Of a stretch of 61,245 nt of DNA, positions 49,721-60,514 are shown piece after piece. Positions within the stretch are counted from its first letter, which is position 1. Each line of letters begins with the position of its first letter. The position numbers were made by a program, and so were the translations under genes. Origin of the DNA: Verrucomicrobiales bacterium (lineage in GTDB: Bacteria; Verrucomicrobiota; Verrucomicrobiia; Verrucomicrobiales; DEV007); the NCBI GenBank assembly GCA_022361255.1, contig JAKSBG010000475.1, positions 1-61,245 on the forward strand, written 5' to 3'. Under the pieces are notes generated by a model, which saw only the letters and a program-made list of their open reading frames with translations, ran no database searches and was not told the DNA's origin.

Positions 49721-51033
49721 CAATATTTGGGGAAAATGTCAGGCGTTGGGAAGCGGGCGTTGATGCTGGAGGCACCATCTCTGAGATATTCCTCGCGGGG
49801 CAGGTTGACCTTTGGCCATTCGTTCGGCCGGACCCGGACGACCCGTCCGGGGCGGATGCCTTCGGTGATCAGGTCCGTCGTGAATCGAATCCGGATGCCG
49901 CTGCTGGCAAGAGGCACTTCTTTTTCTGTTTTGGTTACTTCGATGACGGGCCCTTTCGATGCCATGTGAGCAGGGCCATAGCTGCCGTGCCCATGCTTCA
50001 GCGTGTTTTCGACAGGGCTCATCAGAATGCTTCCATCTTTCCTGAAGTCTTCGTAGAGGGATTTGTCCATGCCTCCAAACAAAGTTGCGGTCACCGTTGC
50101 CTCTCCGAATTCGCCGTATTCAACGCTATCGATTTTTGCCGGCATCCATCGGCTGCGGATAAAGGCCCTGTGCGTTTCTGTCTGAAGATCGGCAGCGCGT
50201 TGCATCGAGGTGTCGTCCAGCCAGATGTCGGATATGTGAAAGCGGGTAAAGATTTCTCCCGGCGTCGGTTTCCAGGTGATCCCGAGCTGAACCGCCTTCC
50301 CATCAAGGGCTTTTTTCCCGTTGGCGGGCCAGATTTCTTCCTTGATGAGATCCCTCACACTGAGGCACTCGCGGCCGCGCCAGATGCGGGTTGCGGCATC
50401 GAAGGTCATGGATTCCTCCTCAGCCTCGGTGTCTTCTCCTTCTTTGTTTTCCCGTTTGGCGACAATGATTCCCGCGTTGTCCTTGAGATCCACCTCCTTC
50501 AGCTTCCAGGCTTTGCCTACCCGCTGGCAGTAGCTGATCTCGTCTTCCAGGAGAAGAACATGATTCTCGGCAGGCTCGACTCCGAGCCCACTGTAGCCGG
50601 AAGTCTTCGTCTTGTTGTCGACGGGCAGCACCGGCACGACAGAGGTTTTCGGATCCGGCGGAAGGAAAGCCCGAATGTGTAGCACCGTGCCGAGAGGAAT
50701 GTCGCGCAGATCTGCGGGAGCGCCGTGATAGCGGACAATGCCGTAAGGGAGCAAGGCAATCGGATGCGGGGGATTACGGAAATAGGTGCCGGCTCCGGCC
50801 ACGCGAACGCTTCCGCGGCGGTTGGCGTGATCAACAAAGGTAAGTTCGCCGCGGTAGGAATACGCTTTTTCCAGAGGTGGGAATTCTCCGGCTTTGGGTC
50901 GGAAAGGCTCGGTTTCCCCGTTCCCGGTTTCCGGCTTTTCGTCGGCGGATGTCGCATGAACGAAAAACGCGCAAGCAAGAACGAACTGAAAACTGCGAAA
51001 CGGGAGTCGGGCGCTGGGAACAGAAAACTTCAT
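49720..51033 (-). CDS. Hypothetical secreted protein, paralogue A of a tandem pair
   Basis: Signal-peptide-like N-terminus; shares [42 protein letters not shown] and IFPKY with its neighbour; TGATG overlap with the DUF1552 gene. Confidence 0.82.
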   Translation of the reverse strand: MKFSVPSARLPFRSFQFVLACAFFVHATSADEKPETGNGETEPFRPKAGEFPPLEKAYSYRGELTFVDHANRRGSVRVAGAGTYFRNPPHPIALLPYGIVRYHGAPADLRDIPLGTVLHIRAFLPPDPKTSVVPVLPVDNKTKTSGYSGLGVEPAENHVLLLEDEISYCQRVGKAWKLKEVDLKDNAGIIVAKRENKEGEDTEAEEESMTFDAATRIWRGRECLSVRDLIKEEIWPANGKKALDGKAVQLGITWKPTPGEIFTRFHISDIWLDDTSMQRAADLQTETHRAFIRSRWMPAKIDSVEYGEFGEATVTATLFGGMDKSLYEDFRKDGSILMSPVENTLKHGHGSYGPAHMASKGPVIEVTKTEKEVPLASSGIRIRFTTDLITEGIRPGRVVRVRPNEWPKVNLPREEYLRDGASSINARFPTPDIFPKY

Positions 51034-52388
51034 CACGACAAAGTGAGAACCGAATTGCTGTCACCGAACTGATCCGTCTCCACTCCCATTTTCTGCGCCA
51101 TCAGAAGAAGCAGGTTGCTCATGTGGGCATCGGGATTCGCAGGGCGACTGCAGAGCCGGTAGTGCTCACCGGGCTTATCGAGCTGATAGCCGTCGAAGTG
51201 TCCCTGGTTGAAGTCGAGGTGACTGCCGTGTTTCAAGCCGAGATCCGAACCGCCGGCGAAGACGAGCGGAAGATTGGCGTTGCCATGGCTGTGGCCGTAG
51301 GACATGCCGCTGCCAAAGAGCGCCATCGTCGAGCCGAGAAGCGGTTTTCCGTCGAGATCCTTCGTTTCGGCGAGGCGGGTGAGAAAGTAGCCGAACTGCT
51401 CGATGGCAAAGGTGTCGTAGTTGGTGAGCTTTTCCATGTAACCGGGATCGCCTCCGTGGTGGCTGAGCTGGTGGCGCGACTCTGTGATGCCGATCTCGGG
51501 AATGGCGATGGCCTGGCCTTCGCCGCCGAGACTGAATGTGGCCACGCGAGTCACGTCTGTTTGAAAAGCAAGCACCATAAGGTCGTAGACCGTGCGAAAG
51601 TAATCGCCCGCCTGCGTATGAGCGATGTCGCGATTGGTTCGTTTGCGATCTGCTTCGGAAATTTGGGGAAGCGGCGTATCGAGCCACGCATCGGCGCGCC
51701 GCGTGCGGATCTCCGCCTCGCGCACCGAAGTGAGATACTGGTCGAGCCGGGTTTTGTCATCCGTGCCCATCTTCTTTTTCATCCGGCTGACTTCCGCAAG
51801 ATTGTCATCGAGGACACTGGCTTTGCGGCGCAGGGACTTCCGCTGAGCATCGAGCCCGCCTTTCGGTTCTTCGAAGAGAGAGGCGAAGATTTCACTGCAT
51901 CGACGCATTGCGGGCAGTTGGACACCGTCCGCCGTCCACGCGAGTGAGTTCTGGGTGATGGCGATTTCCATGGAAGGATAGCGGGTGTGCTGTCCGGTGA
52001 CCTCCGCCATTTTCTGATCCACCGAGATTGTATTGCGGGACGAAGGGCCGATTTGTCCGCCGGTCAGGAAGATGTCGATGCAGTTGTGGTGGTGACCGAT
52101 ACTCCCGGGGTGGTGCAGTCCGCTTACAGGAGTGATCACATTGCGGTGCTTCTCCAGCGGTTTGAGCGAGCGGGAGAATTCGTAATCGCGGCCCGGTTTC
52201 GTGATTTGATAGTTCAGTGAGTGGACACCGTTGGCGAGATAGATGAAGGCGCTGCGGCGGGGCGTCTCGCTTTTCTCCGCCCCGCGGAGCGGAGCCATGC
52301 AGTCCAACATGGGAAGGGAAATGCAGGAGCCCATGGCGCGGAGGGCGTGGCGGCGGTCGATGCGCCAGGATTGAGATAGGTAGTTCAT
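51033..52388 (-). CDS. DUF1552 domain protein (twin-arginine-like leader)
   Basis: DRRHALR.MG..I.LP.L, F.Y..NGV, ISVDQ, L..Y..S.RE.E.R, LA.QTD.TRV.T, H.LSHH, H...NLP...AGG, NL.L. Confidence 0.9.
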   Translation of the reverse strand: MNYLSQSWRIDRRHALRAMGSCISLPMLDCMAPLRGAEKSETPRRSAFIYLANGVHSLNYQITKPGRDYEFSRSLKPLEKHRNVITPVSGLHHPGSIGHHHNCIDIFLTGGQIGPSSRNTISVDQKMAEVTGQHTRYPSMEIAITQNSLAWTADGVQLPAMRRCSEIFASLFEEPKGGLDAQRKSLRRKASVLDDNLAEVSRMKKKMGTDDKTRLDQYLTSVREAEIRTRRADAWLDTPLPQISEADRKRTNRDIAHTQAGDYFRTVYDLMVLAFQTDVTRVATFSLGGEGQAIAIPEIGITESRHQLSHHGGDPGYMEKLTNYDTFAIEQFGYFLTRLAETKDLDGKPLLGSTMALFGSGMSYGHSHGNANLPLVFAGGSDLGLKHGSHLDFNQGHFDGYQLDKPGEHYRLCSRPANPDAHMSNLLLLMAQKMGVETDQFGDSNSVLTLS

Positions 52389-52477
52389 AGCAAATTCTTG
52401 CGGTTACGGTTACTCCCGGCCTTTTTCTCTTTGCCCGGGAAGTGGCAAGGAGTGCGAGGGCTGTTGATAAAAATATA

Positions 52478-54907
52478 TTAGCGTTTCTGGATCAGATCGG
52501 AAAGGGCTACCGCACGAATCAGATCTTTGATCCGGTAGTCGCTCTTCTTTGCCTCCATCAATATGGTATGGAGGTCTTCTTCGTCGTCAAAGGTGAGAAC
52601 GCGCCGGAGTGCGTAGGTGCAAAGGTGTTCGATGAAGGCCCGGGCTACCTCGTCGCGGTCTTCGAGCAGGCGTTGTTTGAACTCATTGGCATCTTTGAAA
52701 GAACGCCCGTCGGTCAGTTTACCCGCAGGATTTACCGGGGGATCCTGTCCCTTGCCGGTCGGAACGTGCTCATGGGTGCGCCATTGTCCGATCGCGTCGT
52801 ATTGTTCCCAGGCAAAACCGAGAGGGTCGATCCGCGCATGGCAGGCGGCGCAGTTGGCGTCCCTCGCATGGGCGTCGAGCCTGTCGCGAACAGTCGCTTT
52901 GTCACCTTCAGGTGGAACCGGCTCGATCGGATCCACGTTCGCGGGCGGAGGAGGGGGCGTTTTATTGAGAATCACTTCGCTGAGCCAGACCCCGCGGTGA
53001 ACCGGGCGGTGGCGGGTGCCGTCCGAGGTCAGGCCGAGCACGGCGCCCATCGTCAGCAGACCGCCGCGTTTGTTCTCCGGCTTGAGTGAGACGCGCTGAA
53101 AGTCACCGCTCTTCGGTTCCGGTAGCCCGTAGAAATCACAAAGCCGGGCATTGAGCACTGTCCAGTCAGACTCGATGAAGTTATCGATCGGTAGATTCTT
53201 TGCCAGCATTTCGCGGAAGAACTCCACCGGTTCGTCCCGCATGCTTGCCTCGAGCCAGTCGTCATAGGTTGGGTAGAGCTTTTTGTCCGGAGGAAACATG
53301 CCGACACGATGCAGTTGCAGCCATTGGCGGGAGAAGTCTTCGATGAACCGATTGATCCGGTCGTCGGCCAGCATCCGGTCGACTTCTTTCTTCAGTCCCT
53401 CGCCGTTGAGGGCATTCTTGCGAGCCGAGGAGAAAAGGTCGTCATCCGGCATCGAGCTCCAGAGAAAATACGAAAGTCGCGAGGCGAGTTCCCATTCGTT
53501 GAGATGTTCGCGTCCAGCCGGATCGCCTTCGACGAGGTAGATGAAGTGTCTCGAAGTCAGCACTCGCAGCATCGCTCCGCGCCAGGCGCCGGCAGCCGTT
53601 TCGCCCGCTTTGCGATCCGCGCGGTAGGATTCCAGGTAGCCTTGCAGTTCCTCCTGCTTCACGGTCCGCCGCCAGGCTCGCTCGGCAAATTGTTGCAGAT
53701 GCTGTGCGATCACGTCGTCTTCCGCGTTTTCCGGAGGGATCAGCCCGTCGCGACGGGCTTTCTCCGTGTCTGATGTCAGAGGCCCCTCCCATTCGATCCA
53801 GTCGAGAATCACCGTGGAAAAGATGCCGTTGCCTTTGTCATCGAACATCTGCGGGGCATTCGGATTCAGAAGCATTGTCTCGCTGCTGTGGGTGAAGATA
53901 TACCCGCCGCGGCTTGCAAGCGCATTGCGGAAGGCAGCTCCGGCTCTTCTGTCAACGACATCGGTTGCTACCACTGCGAAATGCAGATCCGTCGGCATTT
54001 CGAGGAAAATTTCAAACTCATACACCTGCGGACTGTCCTCAGGGGCCGTGATGTCAAACTCGATCAGACCCTCCACATTCTCCTCACTCGTCTTTTTCCC
54101 GATGCTGAGATGCGCCGGCTGACCGCCCGGTGGGCGAATTCCGCTGGCCTGAATGCGAAGCTTATAGAGTCCGCTGTGCTCTGTTCCCACCTTTCCAAAA
54201 AAATGGGACAGGAGAGCGGGCTGGACTCTTCCGGGAAAGAGCAGATAACGAAGTGGACGTTTGATGCCGAAGCGATCCAGCGCCGCCTGCTGCTCTTTTC
54301 CGCCGCTGTAGCGCAGTTCCGCTGCTGTTTTGCGGACTTTTCGGGGCTCCGCCAGGGTGGTGGGAAAGGCACGGTCCAGGACGATGTCAGCGGCGCGATA
54401 GTAGCGATCCACGTGGGATGGCGAGAGCGACAACTCGGATCCGATTCGCTCAAAACCATGCCAGAGTGTGTCCTCGTTCAACTCCCCCGGTTTGGCCGGA
54501 TCGTAGCGAACCCCGAGCAAATCATAGACGGTGTTTTGATACTCTTTCCGGCTCAGGCGATAGTGCGCCACTGCCGGCCGCGCCGCCATCCGGGCGGCCT
54601 TGCCCTCTTTGAGTCGTGCATCGAGAGCGGTAACGAATGTCTCGATCTCCTTCTGCGTCGGTTGTTTTTTCGGCGGCATATCGCCCGCATTGATCTGCTC
54701 AATCACTTCCGCCCAATGGTGCGAGTCCGCGCCCAGTTTGAAATCGCGGGACAGTTGGTCGATCCGCAGATCACCCTTTTCCTTCTCGGGTCCATGGCAG
54801 CTGATGCAATGCGTTTCCAGGAATGCCTCGAAGGAAGAGTCCTCTGCCGAAACGGCCGGGGCCGCTGCGAGGCAGACTGCGATGACGCTGGAGAAAATTC
54901 GTCTCAT
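52478..54907 (-). CDS. Planctomycete-type cytochrome c / PSD multidomain protein (PSCyt1, DUF1587, DUF1595, DUF1592, DUF1588, DUF1585), two CxxCH motifs
   Basis: Signal peptide; HCISCHG...MPP; RLSR.EY.NT..DLLG; FA.RAWRR; [16 protein letters not shown]; PV.RG.W; CAACH..IDPLG. Confidence 0.9.
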   Translation of the reverse strand: MRRIFSSVIAVCLAAAPAVSAEDSSFEAFLETHCISCHGPEKEKGDLRIDQLSRDFKLGADSHHWAEVIEQINAGDMPPKKQPTQKEIETFVTALDARLKEGKAARMAARPAVAHYRLSRKEYQNTVYDLLGVRYDPAKPGELNEDTLWHGFERIGSELSLSPSHVDRYYRAADIVLDRAFPTTLAEPRKVRKTAAELRYSGGKEQQAALDRFGIKRPLRYLLFPGRVQPALLSHFFGKVGTEHSGLYKLRIQASGIRPPGGQPAHLSIGKKTSEENVEGLIEFDITAPEDSPQVYEFEIFLEMPTDLHFAVVATDVVDRRAGAAFRNALASRGGYIFTHSSETMLLNPNAPQMFDDKGNGIFSTVILDWIEWEGPLTSDTEKARRDGLIPPENAEDDVIAQHLQQFAERAWRRTVKQEELQGYLESYRADRKAGETAAGAWRGAMLRVLTSRHFIYLVEGDPAGREHLNEWELASRLSYFLWSSMPDDDLFSSARKNALNGEGLKKEVDRMLADDRINRFIEDFSRQWLQLHRVGMFPPDKKLYPTYDDWLEASMRDEPVEFFREMLAKNLPIDNFIESDWTVLNARLCDFYGLPEPKSGDFQRVSLKPENKRGGLLTMGAVLGLTSDGTRHRPVHRGVWLSEVILNKTPPPPPANVDPIEPVPPEGDKATVRDRLDAHARDANCAACHARIDPLGFAWEQYDAIGQWRTHEHVPTGKGQDPPVNPAGKLTDGRSFKDANEFKQRLLEDRDEVARAFIEHLCTYALRRVLTFDDEEDLHTILMEAKKSDYRIKDLIRAVALSDLIQKR

Positions 54908-54929
54908 AGTGGTAGAAAGCGGAAAGGCG

Positions 54930-54959
54930 ATAGTAAACTGTCAGGGGTTGTTTTTTCAA
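54930..54959 (-). promoter_or_regulatory. Candidate sigma70 promoter of the cytochrome/DUF1552 operon
   Basis: Minus strand TTGAAA-N18-TACTAT, ending about 22 bp before ATG 54907. Confidence 0.4.
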
Positions 54960-55048
54960 CTGCGTCACTCCGTATCAAATCTCTCAGTTTTTCCGGGCGA
55001 ATCAGCGGAATAGTGCTCCTAAAAGAGCGCTGTAAATTCCACCCCGAC

Positions 55049-55960
55049 TCACGGAAAAACCGGATTGTGTACGATGACTGGTTCGCTACCTGCAATCTCC
55101 AGATAGAGCTCACGAAGTCGACGGGTGACGGGACCGGGCTTTCCGTCCCCGATCATATGTCCGTCGATCGCGACAACTCCGTGGATCAGGGTTGAAGCGG
55201 AGGTGCAGAAAACTTCTTTCGCGTTGAGCGCTTCCTCTGAGGTGAAAGGACGTTCCTCTATCGGTATGCTCAATTCACCGGCGAGAAGGTGAGCTGCCTT
55301 CCTGGTGATGGAGTCGAGCAGGTCCCGGCGGGCGGGGCGCGACACGAGGACGTCGTTCCGCGTCAGGATGCAAACCCCGGAAGAACTTCCTTCTGTAATG
55401 AAGCCGTCTTCCACCAGGAGCGCTTCGTCGACCCCGGCTGCAACTGCGGCCTGCTTGCAGAGTACCTGCCCGAGTAGTGAAACGGATTTGATGTCTCTGC
55501 GGCTCCAGCGGATGTCCGGAACCGTGATGGCACGGGTTCCGGTCTCAGCGACCGGTGCATCGATCAGCTTTTTCTCCATCGCGAACATGACCAGCGTCGG
55601 CGGTATTTTTTCCGGATCGGGAAAGGGAAAGGCGCGACTGGTATCGGCACCCCGCGTGATCTGGAGATAGAGCATCCCTTCCCGCACCCCTTCGGAAGTG
55701 ACGAATGACTGCATTCGTTCCGGCAATTCCGATAGCGGGACAGGAGAGCGTAGCCCGATCTCACTGAGTGATCGCTCAAGTCGTGCCAGATGGGCGGGGT
55801 TATCGACAAGCTGTCCGTTCAAAATGGCAGTCACTTCATAGACGCCATCCCCGAAGAGAAATCCCCGGTCGAGGATGGAGATGCTTGCCTCGGCAATGGG
55901 AACGACTTTGCCGTTCACATAGGCGTTTCGCGGATGAGGGGCTTCGTTTCCGGTTCGCAT
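55049..55960 (-). CDS. D-amino-acid transaminase (class IV PLP aminotransferase)
   Basis: DRGFLFGDGVYE, YLQITRG, D.RW.RRDIKS..LL, ITEGSSS, L.SITR, IGDGKPGP.T. Confidence 0.88.
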   Translation of the reverse strand: MRTGNEAPHPRNAYVNGKVVPIAEASISILDRGFLFGDGVYEVTAILNGQLVDNPAHLARLERSLSEIGLRSPVPLSELPERMQSFVTSEGVREGMLYLQITRGADTSRAFPFPDPEKIPPTLVMFAMEKKLIDAPVAETGTRAITVPDIRWSRRDIKSVSLLGQVLCKQAAVAAGVDEALLVEDGFITEGSSSGVCILTRNDVLVSRPARRDLLDSITRKAAHLLAGELSIPIEERPFTSEEALNAKEVFCTSASTLIHGVVAIDGHMIGDGKPGPVTRRLRELYLEIAGSEPVIVHNPVFP

Positions 55961-56007
55961 GGATGGTATTTTGTGGTGCTTTAGCGGGACTGCCGGTAAT
56001 AAAGCGT

Positions 56008-56439
56008 ATGATCACTCCCTTTCACCTCGCGATTCAAGTTCGCGACATTGCAGAAGCCCGCGAATTTTACGGAACGAAACTGGGGCTTTCCGAAGGAAGG
56101 TCCGATGAATGTTGGATTGACTGGAATATGTTTGGTCATCAGGTGGTGACGCATCTCAATCCCAATCTCGGACCGGAAGGCAGGGTGGTGAATCATTGTA
56201 ACCCGGTAGATGCGAAAGCGGTTCCGGTTCCCCACTTTGGGGTGGTGCTCACGATTCCTGACTGGGAGGCCCTTGCCGAACGTTGCCGTGGGTTTGTCGA
56301 GGAATTCATCATTGAGCCATACGTGAGATTTCAGGGGGAGCCGGGGGAGCAGTGCACCATGTTTTTTGAAGACCCGTCGGGAAATGCGCTGGAGTTCAAG
56401 GCATTTGCTGACATCGAGGGCCAGTTGTTTGCGACGTGA
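56008..56439 (+). CDS. VOC/glyoxalase family protein
   Basis: PFHLAI.V.D, FGHQ.V.H, VPVPHFG, DPSGN.LEFK. Start ATG 56008. Confidence 0.9.
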   Translation: MITPFHLAIQVRDIAEAREFYGTKLGLSEGRSDECWIDWNMFGHQVVTHLNPNLGPEGRVVNHCNPVDAKAVPVPHFGVVLTIPDWEALAERCRGFVEEFIIEPYVRFQGEPGEQCTMFFEDPSGNALEFKAFADIEGQLFAT

Positions 56440-56446
56440 CAAATTG

Positions 56447-56594
56447 GGTGGGGCGAACCGTTCCCGGTGAGCCGCCGTCGTCAGGAATTAGGTGCCGAAT
56501 TTGAAAAGACTGGTTCGAGGGGCCGACGAGGAGGAAAGAGTGATTCATCCTGCCATTGTGTCGCATCGGCTCACCGGGGACGGTTCGCCCCACC
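56447..56594. repeat. REP/REPIN-like inverted doublet, GTGG type (two 28-bp arms, 92-bp spacer) between convergent genes
   Basis: GGTGGGGCGAACCGTTCCCGGTGAGCCG (56447-56474) and CGGCTCACCGGGGACGGTTCGCCCCACC (56567-56594) are complementary at 27 of 28 positions. Confidence 0.88.
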
Positions 56595-56619
56595 TCGTCT
56601 TTGCTGAATCGGTTTTCCA

Positions 56620-58338
56620 TCACCATGCAATCGTCGCGGCATCGGGTCGGCGCGGGTCGGAATATCCTTCGAAACGATCCCCCACTTTCATGAGCGACTG
56701 TGTGCTGCCCAGGGTTTTGGTGGCTTTGACAGGGTGGTCCCATTTTTTGAGAATGTTCAACGTGTCGATGCTGATCCCGGATTCGCAGCCCAGTTCATCC
56801 GGCATCCACTGGTGATGAACGCGGGGGAGGGAGGACGCTTCGGCGATGTTCATGTCATATTCGATCACATTGAGAACCGTTTGCAGAACTGCCGTGATAA
56901 TTTTTCCCCCGCCGGGGCTTCCGGTTACGAGATAAGGTTCGCCGTCTTTCAGAACCATCGTCGGTGTCATCGAACTGAGCGGCCGTTTGCCGGGTTCAAT
57001 GGCGTTGGCTTCCCCTCCGATCAGTCCCAGTCCATTGGGAACTCCGGGCTTTGCTGAGAAATCATCCATTTCGTTGTTGAGGAGAAAGCCTGTCCCGGGA
57101 GCCATCTGCAAACTGCCGAAACTGAAATTGAGGGTGTAGGTCAGGGAGACGGCGTTGCCTGCCTTGTCCATCACGGAAAAGTGGGTTGTTTCTTCACTTT
57201 CGTATTCCACCGGTTTGCCCGGTTTGATTTCTGAAGAAGGAGTGGTGATTTCCGGGCGGATCCGTTCGTAGATTTCTTTTCCATACTGTTTTGAGGTGAG
57301 CCAACGCAGGGGGACTTCGGTGTAGTCCGGGTCTCCAAGATGTTCGCTGCGGTCGGCGTAGGCGTATTTCATTACTTCCGCGAGATGATGGATGGATTGC
57401 GCGCTGTTGTGACCCATTTCCTTCAGTGAAGTGTTCTCCAGCGCGTTAAGCATCTGGATGAGATGAACTCCGCCGGAGCTGGGAGGAGGCATGCTGATAA
57501 TTTCATAGCCGTTGTATGTGCTCGTGACCGGCTCCCGTTCGGCGACGCGATAGCTCTTCAAATCCTTCGCCGTCATGAGCCCGCCTTCCTCCTCCATAAA
57601 GGCGACGAGTTTTTCGGCGATCATTCCCTCGTAGAAAGCAGATTCTCCCTGTTCGGCGATTTGTTCGAGTGACCATGCCAGGTCCGCTTGAACCAGGGTG
57701 TCGCCGAGACCGTAGGGCTCTCCGTTTTCTTTGTAGAAAACCTCCGCAATGGTCGGACTCGATTTCAGTTTCTTCTCGTAGCTGATCAGGTCCGCGGCCA
57801 GTCCCGGGGAAACGGCAATGCCGTCCCGTGCCAGGGCGATGGCGGGAGCGATCAGTTCTTTCAGCGGTTTGGTTCCGAATTTGTCCAGCGCTACTGAAAG
57901 TCCGCGCACTGTTCCGGGGACACCGACGCTCTGCGGACTGAAGCGTGCACGGGTGCGGTCGACGTCTCCTTCTTCATCGAGATACATATCTCGCGAGGAA
58001 GCCGCCGGGGCCATTTCGCGAAAGTCGTAGGCGTAGGTTTTTCCGTCCTCCGCAGAATGCACTAACATAAATCCACCGCCTCCGATGTTGCCGGCTTTCG
58101 GCAAAGTTACAGCGAGCGAATAGGCGACGGCGACTGCGGCGTCGACGGCATTTCCCCCGTCCTTCAAAACCTTCACTCCGATGGCGCTGGCAAGTTTTTC
58201 CTGACTCGCGACGATTCCGTTTTTCCCAATTACTGGATGAAAGCGGCTCTCGTAGTCAATAATCGCCGCCGGGTCTGCTCGCGCGAAGATGGGCAGTAGC
58301 ATGAACTGGATGATCAGAAAACGGAACGTGACTTTCAT
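56620..58338 (-). CDS. ggt: Gamma-glutamyltransferase
   Basis: GGNAVDAA, GGGGF, DFRE.AP, TTHFS (N-terminal nucleophile Thr), NNEMDDF, RPLSSM, GSPGG, DPRR; signal peptide. Confidence 0.95.
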   Translation of the reverse strand: MKVTFRFLIIQFMLLPIFARADPAAIIDYESRFHPVIGKNGIVASQEKLASAIGVKVLKDGGNAVDAAVAVAYSLAVTLPKAGNIGGGGFMLVHSAEDGKTYAYDFREMAPAASSRDMYLDEEGDVDRTRARFSPQSVGVPGTVRGLSVALDKFGTKPLKELIAPAIALARDGIAVSPGLAADLISYEKKLKSSPTIAEVFYKENGEPYGLGDTLVQADLAWSLEQIAEQGESAFYEGMIAEKLVAFMEEEGGLMTAKDLKSYRVAEREPVTSTYNGYEIISMPPPSSGGVHLIQMLNALENTSLKEMGHNSAQSIHHLAEVMKYAYADRSEHLGDPDYTEVPLRWLTSKQYGKEIYERIRPEITTPSSEIKPGKPVEYESEETTHFSVMDKAGNAVSLTYTLNFSFGSLQMAPGTGFLLNNEMDDFSAKPGVPNGLGLIGGEANAIEPGKRPLSSMTPTMVLKDGEPYLVTGSPGGGKIITAVLQTVLNVIEYDMNIAEASSLPRVHHQWMPDELGCESGISIDTLNILKKWDHPVKATKTLGSTQSLMKVGDRFEGYSDPRRPDAATIAW

Positions 58339-58396
58339 GGACTCAAAGGTGAGTGCAGGTTAGCGGGTTTGCGCTGCCGAAAGCGAGAAGTTCCGC

Positions 58397-59383
58397 TCAC
58401 GGTACGTGCGTTACCAACGGAATATCCGCCATCGTTCGCAGTCCCGGCTTCGACCGGATGACCTGCTTCACGGCGTTGATCGTGATCGCGCAAGTCCCTA
58501 CGTCACCATTTACACCGCCCTCGATCGTTGATTTAACGTTGGGGTTTCCGAAAATCTCTATTGTATCGGCAGGTTCCGGTTCGCCGATCGCGGCCCGGAA
58601 AACGAGTGTGATCTTCTCTTCTCCAGCGCAAAACCCTCTTCCGATTTGTTGGACACCGGCTACGTTTCCGGCGGCGACGTCGATGATGCGGGAAGACACT
58701 GGTTCCTCTGTGATAACCGGGCTGATGATGTCTTCGACCCGGTCCAGCTTCCATCCCATGGAGTCCGCGATCAAATAGAGCGACTCGGAGAGACCGACGT
58801 GCCGAATCTTCTTTTCTGCGACGAGTTGACGAAACGACAAAGTATCGAGGCCTGCACCGATCTTCCGCTGAAACGGTTCGCGTCGGAATGTGGCATCCTG
58901 AAGCCGGGAAACGGTGACTGAGTCGACTTCCTGGCACACTGCAGTCATAAATGCCGGGAGCGAATCCATCAGGAAGCCCGGATTGATTCCGGTCCCGAGA
59001 ACGGCGACACCGTTAGACTTCGCTGCTTCGTCGATAGCAGCGGAAAGCTCCGGTTGCGTATTCCACGGGTGAAGCAGTTCTTCACATGTCGAGACCACAG
59101 GGAGTCCTCCGTTTACGATTTCCAGAATTTGAGGAGTGATTGTTTCAAGACAGGAAACCGTTGTCAGGATGGCACAGTCCGCGTCGCAGGATTTGATCGC
59201 TTCTGAGATGCTTTCGTTCACGGTGCCCCCGGACGGTTCGATGCCGGAAACGTCGCCGATGTCCTTTCCTGAAAAGCCGGGGTTGATGTCAGCAGCAGCG
59301 ACGATTTCCACGTCGGAACGTTCCGAAATGAATTGTACGATTTTCTGTCCGAGAGGGCCAAGGCCGATTTGAATGACTTTCAT
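58397..59383 (-). CDS. NAD(P)-dependent dehydrogenase, 2,4-diaminopentanoate dehydrogenase / DapB-like family
   Basis: GLGPLG Rossmann motif, VVSTCEEL, GTGINPGF.MD, KIGAG, HVGL.ES, GG..GD..T, PGL.TM.D.P. Confidence 0.8.
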   Translation of the reverse strand: MKVIQIGLGPLGQKIVQFISERSDVEIVAAADINPGFSGKDIGDVSGIEPSGGTVNESISEAIKSCDADCAILTTVSCLETITPQILEIVNGGLPVVSTCEELLHPWNTQPELSAAIDEAAKSNGVAVLGTGINPGFLMDSLPAFMTAVCQEVDSVTVSRLQDATFRREPFQRKIGAGLDTLSFRQLVAEKKIRHVGLSESLYLIADSMGWKLDRVEDIISPVITEEPVSSRIIDVAAGNVAGVQQIGRGFCAGEEKITLVFRAAIGEPEPADTIEIFGNPNVKSTIEGGVNGDVGTCAITINAVKQVIRSKPGLRTMADIPLVTHVP

Positions 59384-59402
59384 GTGTAGAAGCGGGAAGG
59401 TA

Positions 59403-60449
59403 TCAGTCGGCGAGAGTGGCCTTGCGAATTTCAGCGGCGAGAGCAGTTCTCACGTCGCGTATGAGGGTGAGGTTCTCTCTGCCGAAAAGCACCACGGTGA
59501 TATCGTTTCGGAGATCGCGGAGAACAAAGTTTCTCGATGATGAGGGCGCGCTTCCCACTCCCGAGTGATGCACCTCTATGAGCTCGTCATTTTCGTCGAA
59601 GGTCAGCCGCCAGCCGAATCCATAGTCGACACGCTCACCATTATCGAGTTTGCCGGGTGATAGAAGAAGTTTTGAGGTTTTCGTGTCGATCAGGGATTCA
59701 TTCCGCAGGGCGCGCACCCATTTTTCGTAGTCGTTCAAGGTGGTCTGCATGTTACCCGATCCGTTGAACCGGGTGCTGTCGCTCGTGTTTGACATGCCGA
59801 GCTTGTCAAAGATCCGCTCCTGCTGGAATTCGTGAAACGGCATTCCCGCCACCACTTCGATCACTCTCGCCAGAAGAACATATCCCGAGTTGGTATATTC
59901 GTGCTCCACCCCGGGAGGGCGTCGGAGCGGTTGCCTGGCGAGCCATTCAGCGTGGGTGAGATTATTGAGCCGTTCGATGAGCCGGGCTTTCTTGTATTCC
60001 GCGATTGATTCCCGTTCTTTCGATTTGATGAAATTAGCGAGACCACTCGTGTGGTGAACCAGATCCGCGATCAGCAATTCCCGCCCTTCGACGGGAAGGG
60101 GCAGATCGGGAAGGTGCTTGGAAACCTTGTCCGCTAAATCCAGTTTTCCCTCCTCGATGAGAAAAGCAGCGCACATTGCTGCGAACTGCTTCGTAATCGA
60201 AGCCATCCCCATTTTTGTATCAGGCGTGACAGGCTCTTTCCCGTTTTTCAAGCCATACCCTTTTTTGTGGATCACCTTGCCATCGCGAATCACGAGAACG
60301 GCCAGACCGCCTTCAGAATTTTCGGGGAAGTATCTTCCAATGATCTTCTCCACTTTTGGCGATACGACTTCCGCCGCCTCGCTGAGGGCAGATGTTGGCA
60401 GCAGCAGGAAAGACCCAAAGATGAGAATGCCAGTGAGCGGTGAGTTCAT
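59403..60449 (-). CDS. Serine hydrolase, beta-lactamase class C-like (peptidase S12)
   Basis: ASITK (SxxK), HTSGL, YTNSGY (YxN), YGFGW, HSG; signal peptide. Start is 60449 or 60482. Confidence 0.88.
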   Translation of the reverse strand: MNSPLTGILIFGSFLLLPTSALSEAAEVVSPKVEKIIGRYFPENSEGGLAVLVIRDGKVIHKKGYGLKNGKEPVTPDTKMGMASITKQFAAMCAAFLIEEGKLDLADKVSKHLPDLPLPVEGRELLIADLVHHTSGLANFIKSKERESIAEYKKARLIERLNNLTHAEWLARQPLRRPPGVEHEYTNSGYVLLARVIEVVAGMPFHEFQQERIFDKLGMSNTSDSTRFNGSGNMQTTLNDYEKWVRALRNESLIDTKTSKLLLSPGKLDNGERVDYGFGWRLTFDENDELIEVHHSGVGSAPSSSRNFVLRDLRNDITVVLFGRENLTLIRDVRTALAAEIRKATLAD

Positions 60450-60514
60450 GCGTAGTGGAAGGGAAGTGAGAAATCTTATCATCTGGATGAGAAAGAAATA
60501 CTGGTTTATCTTTT

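Noticed and set aside
48248-50682. Two similar plus-strand ORFs (384 aa and 350 aa) that look like a second paralogue pair
   Set aside because: Their similarity is inherited from the real minus-strand paralogues, which have signal peptides and operon coupling.
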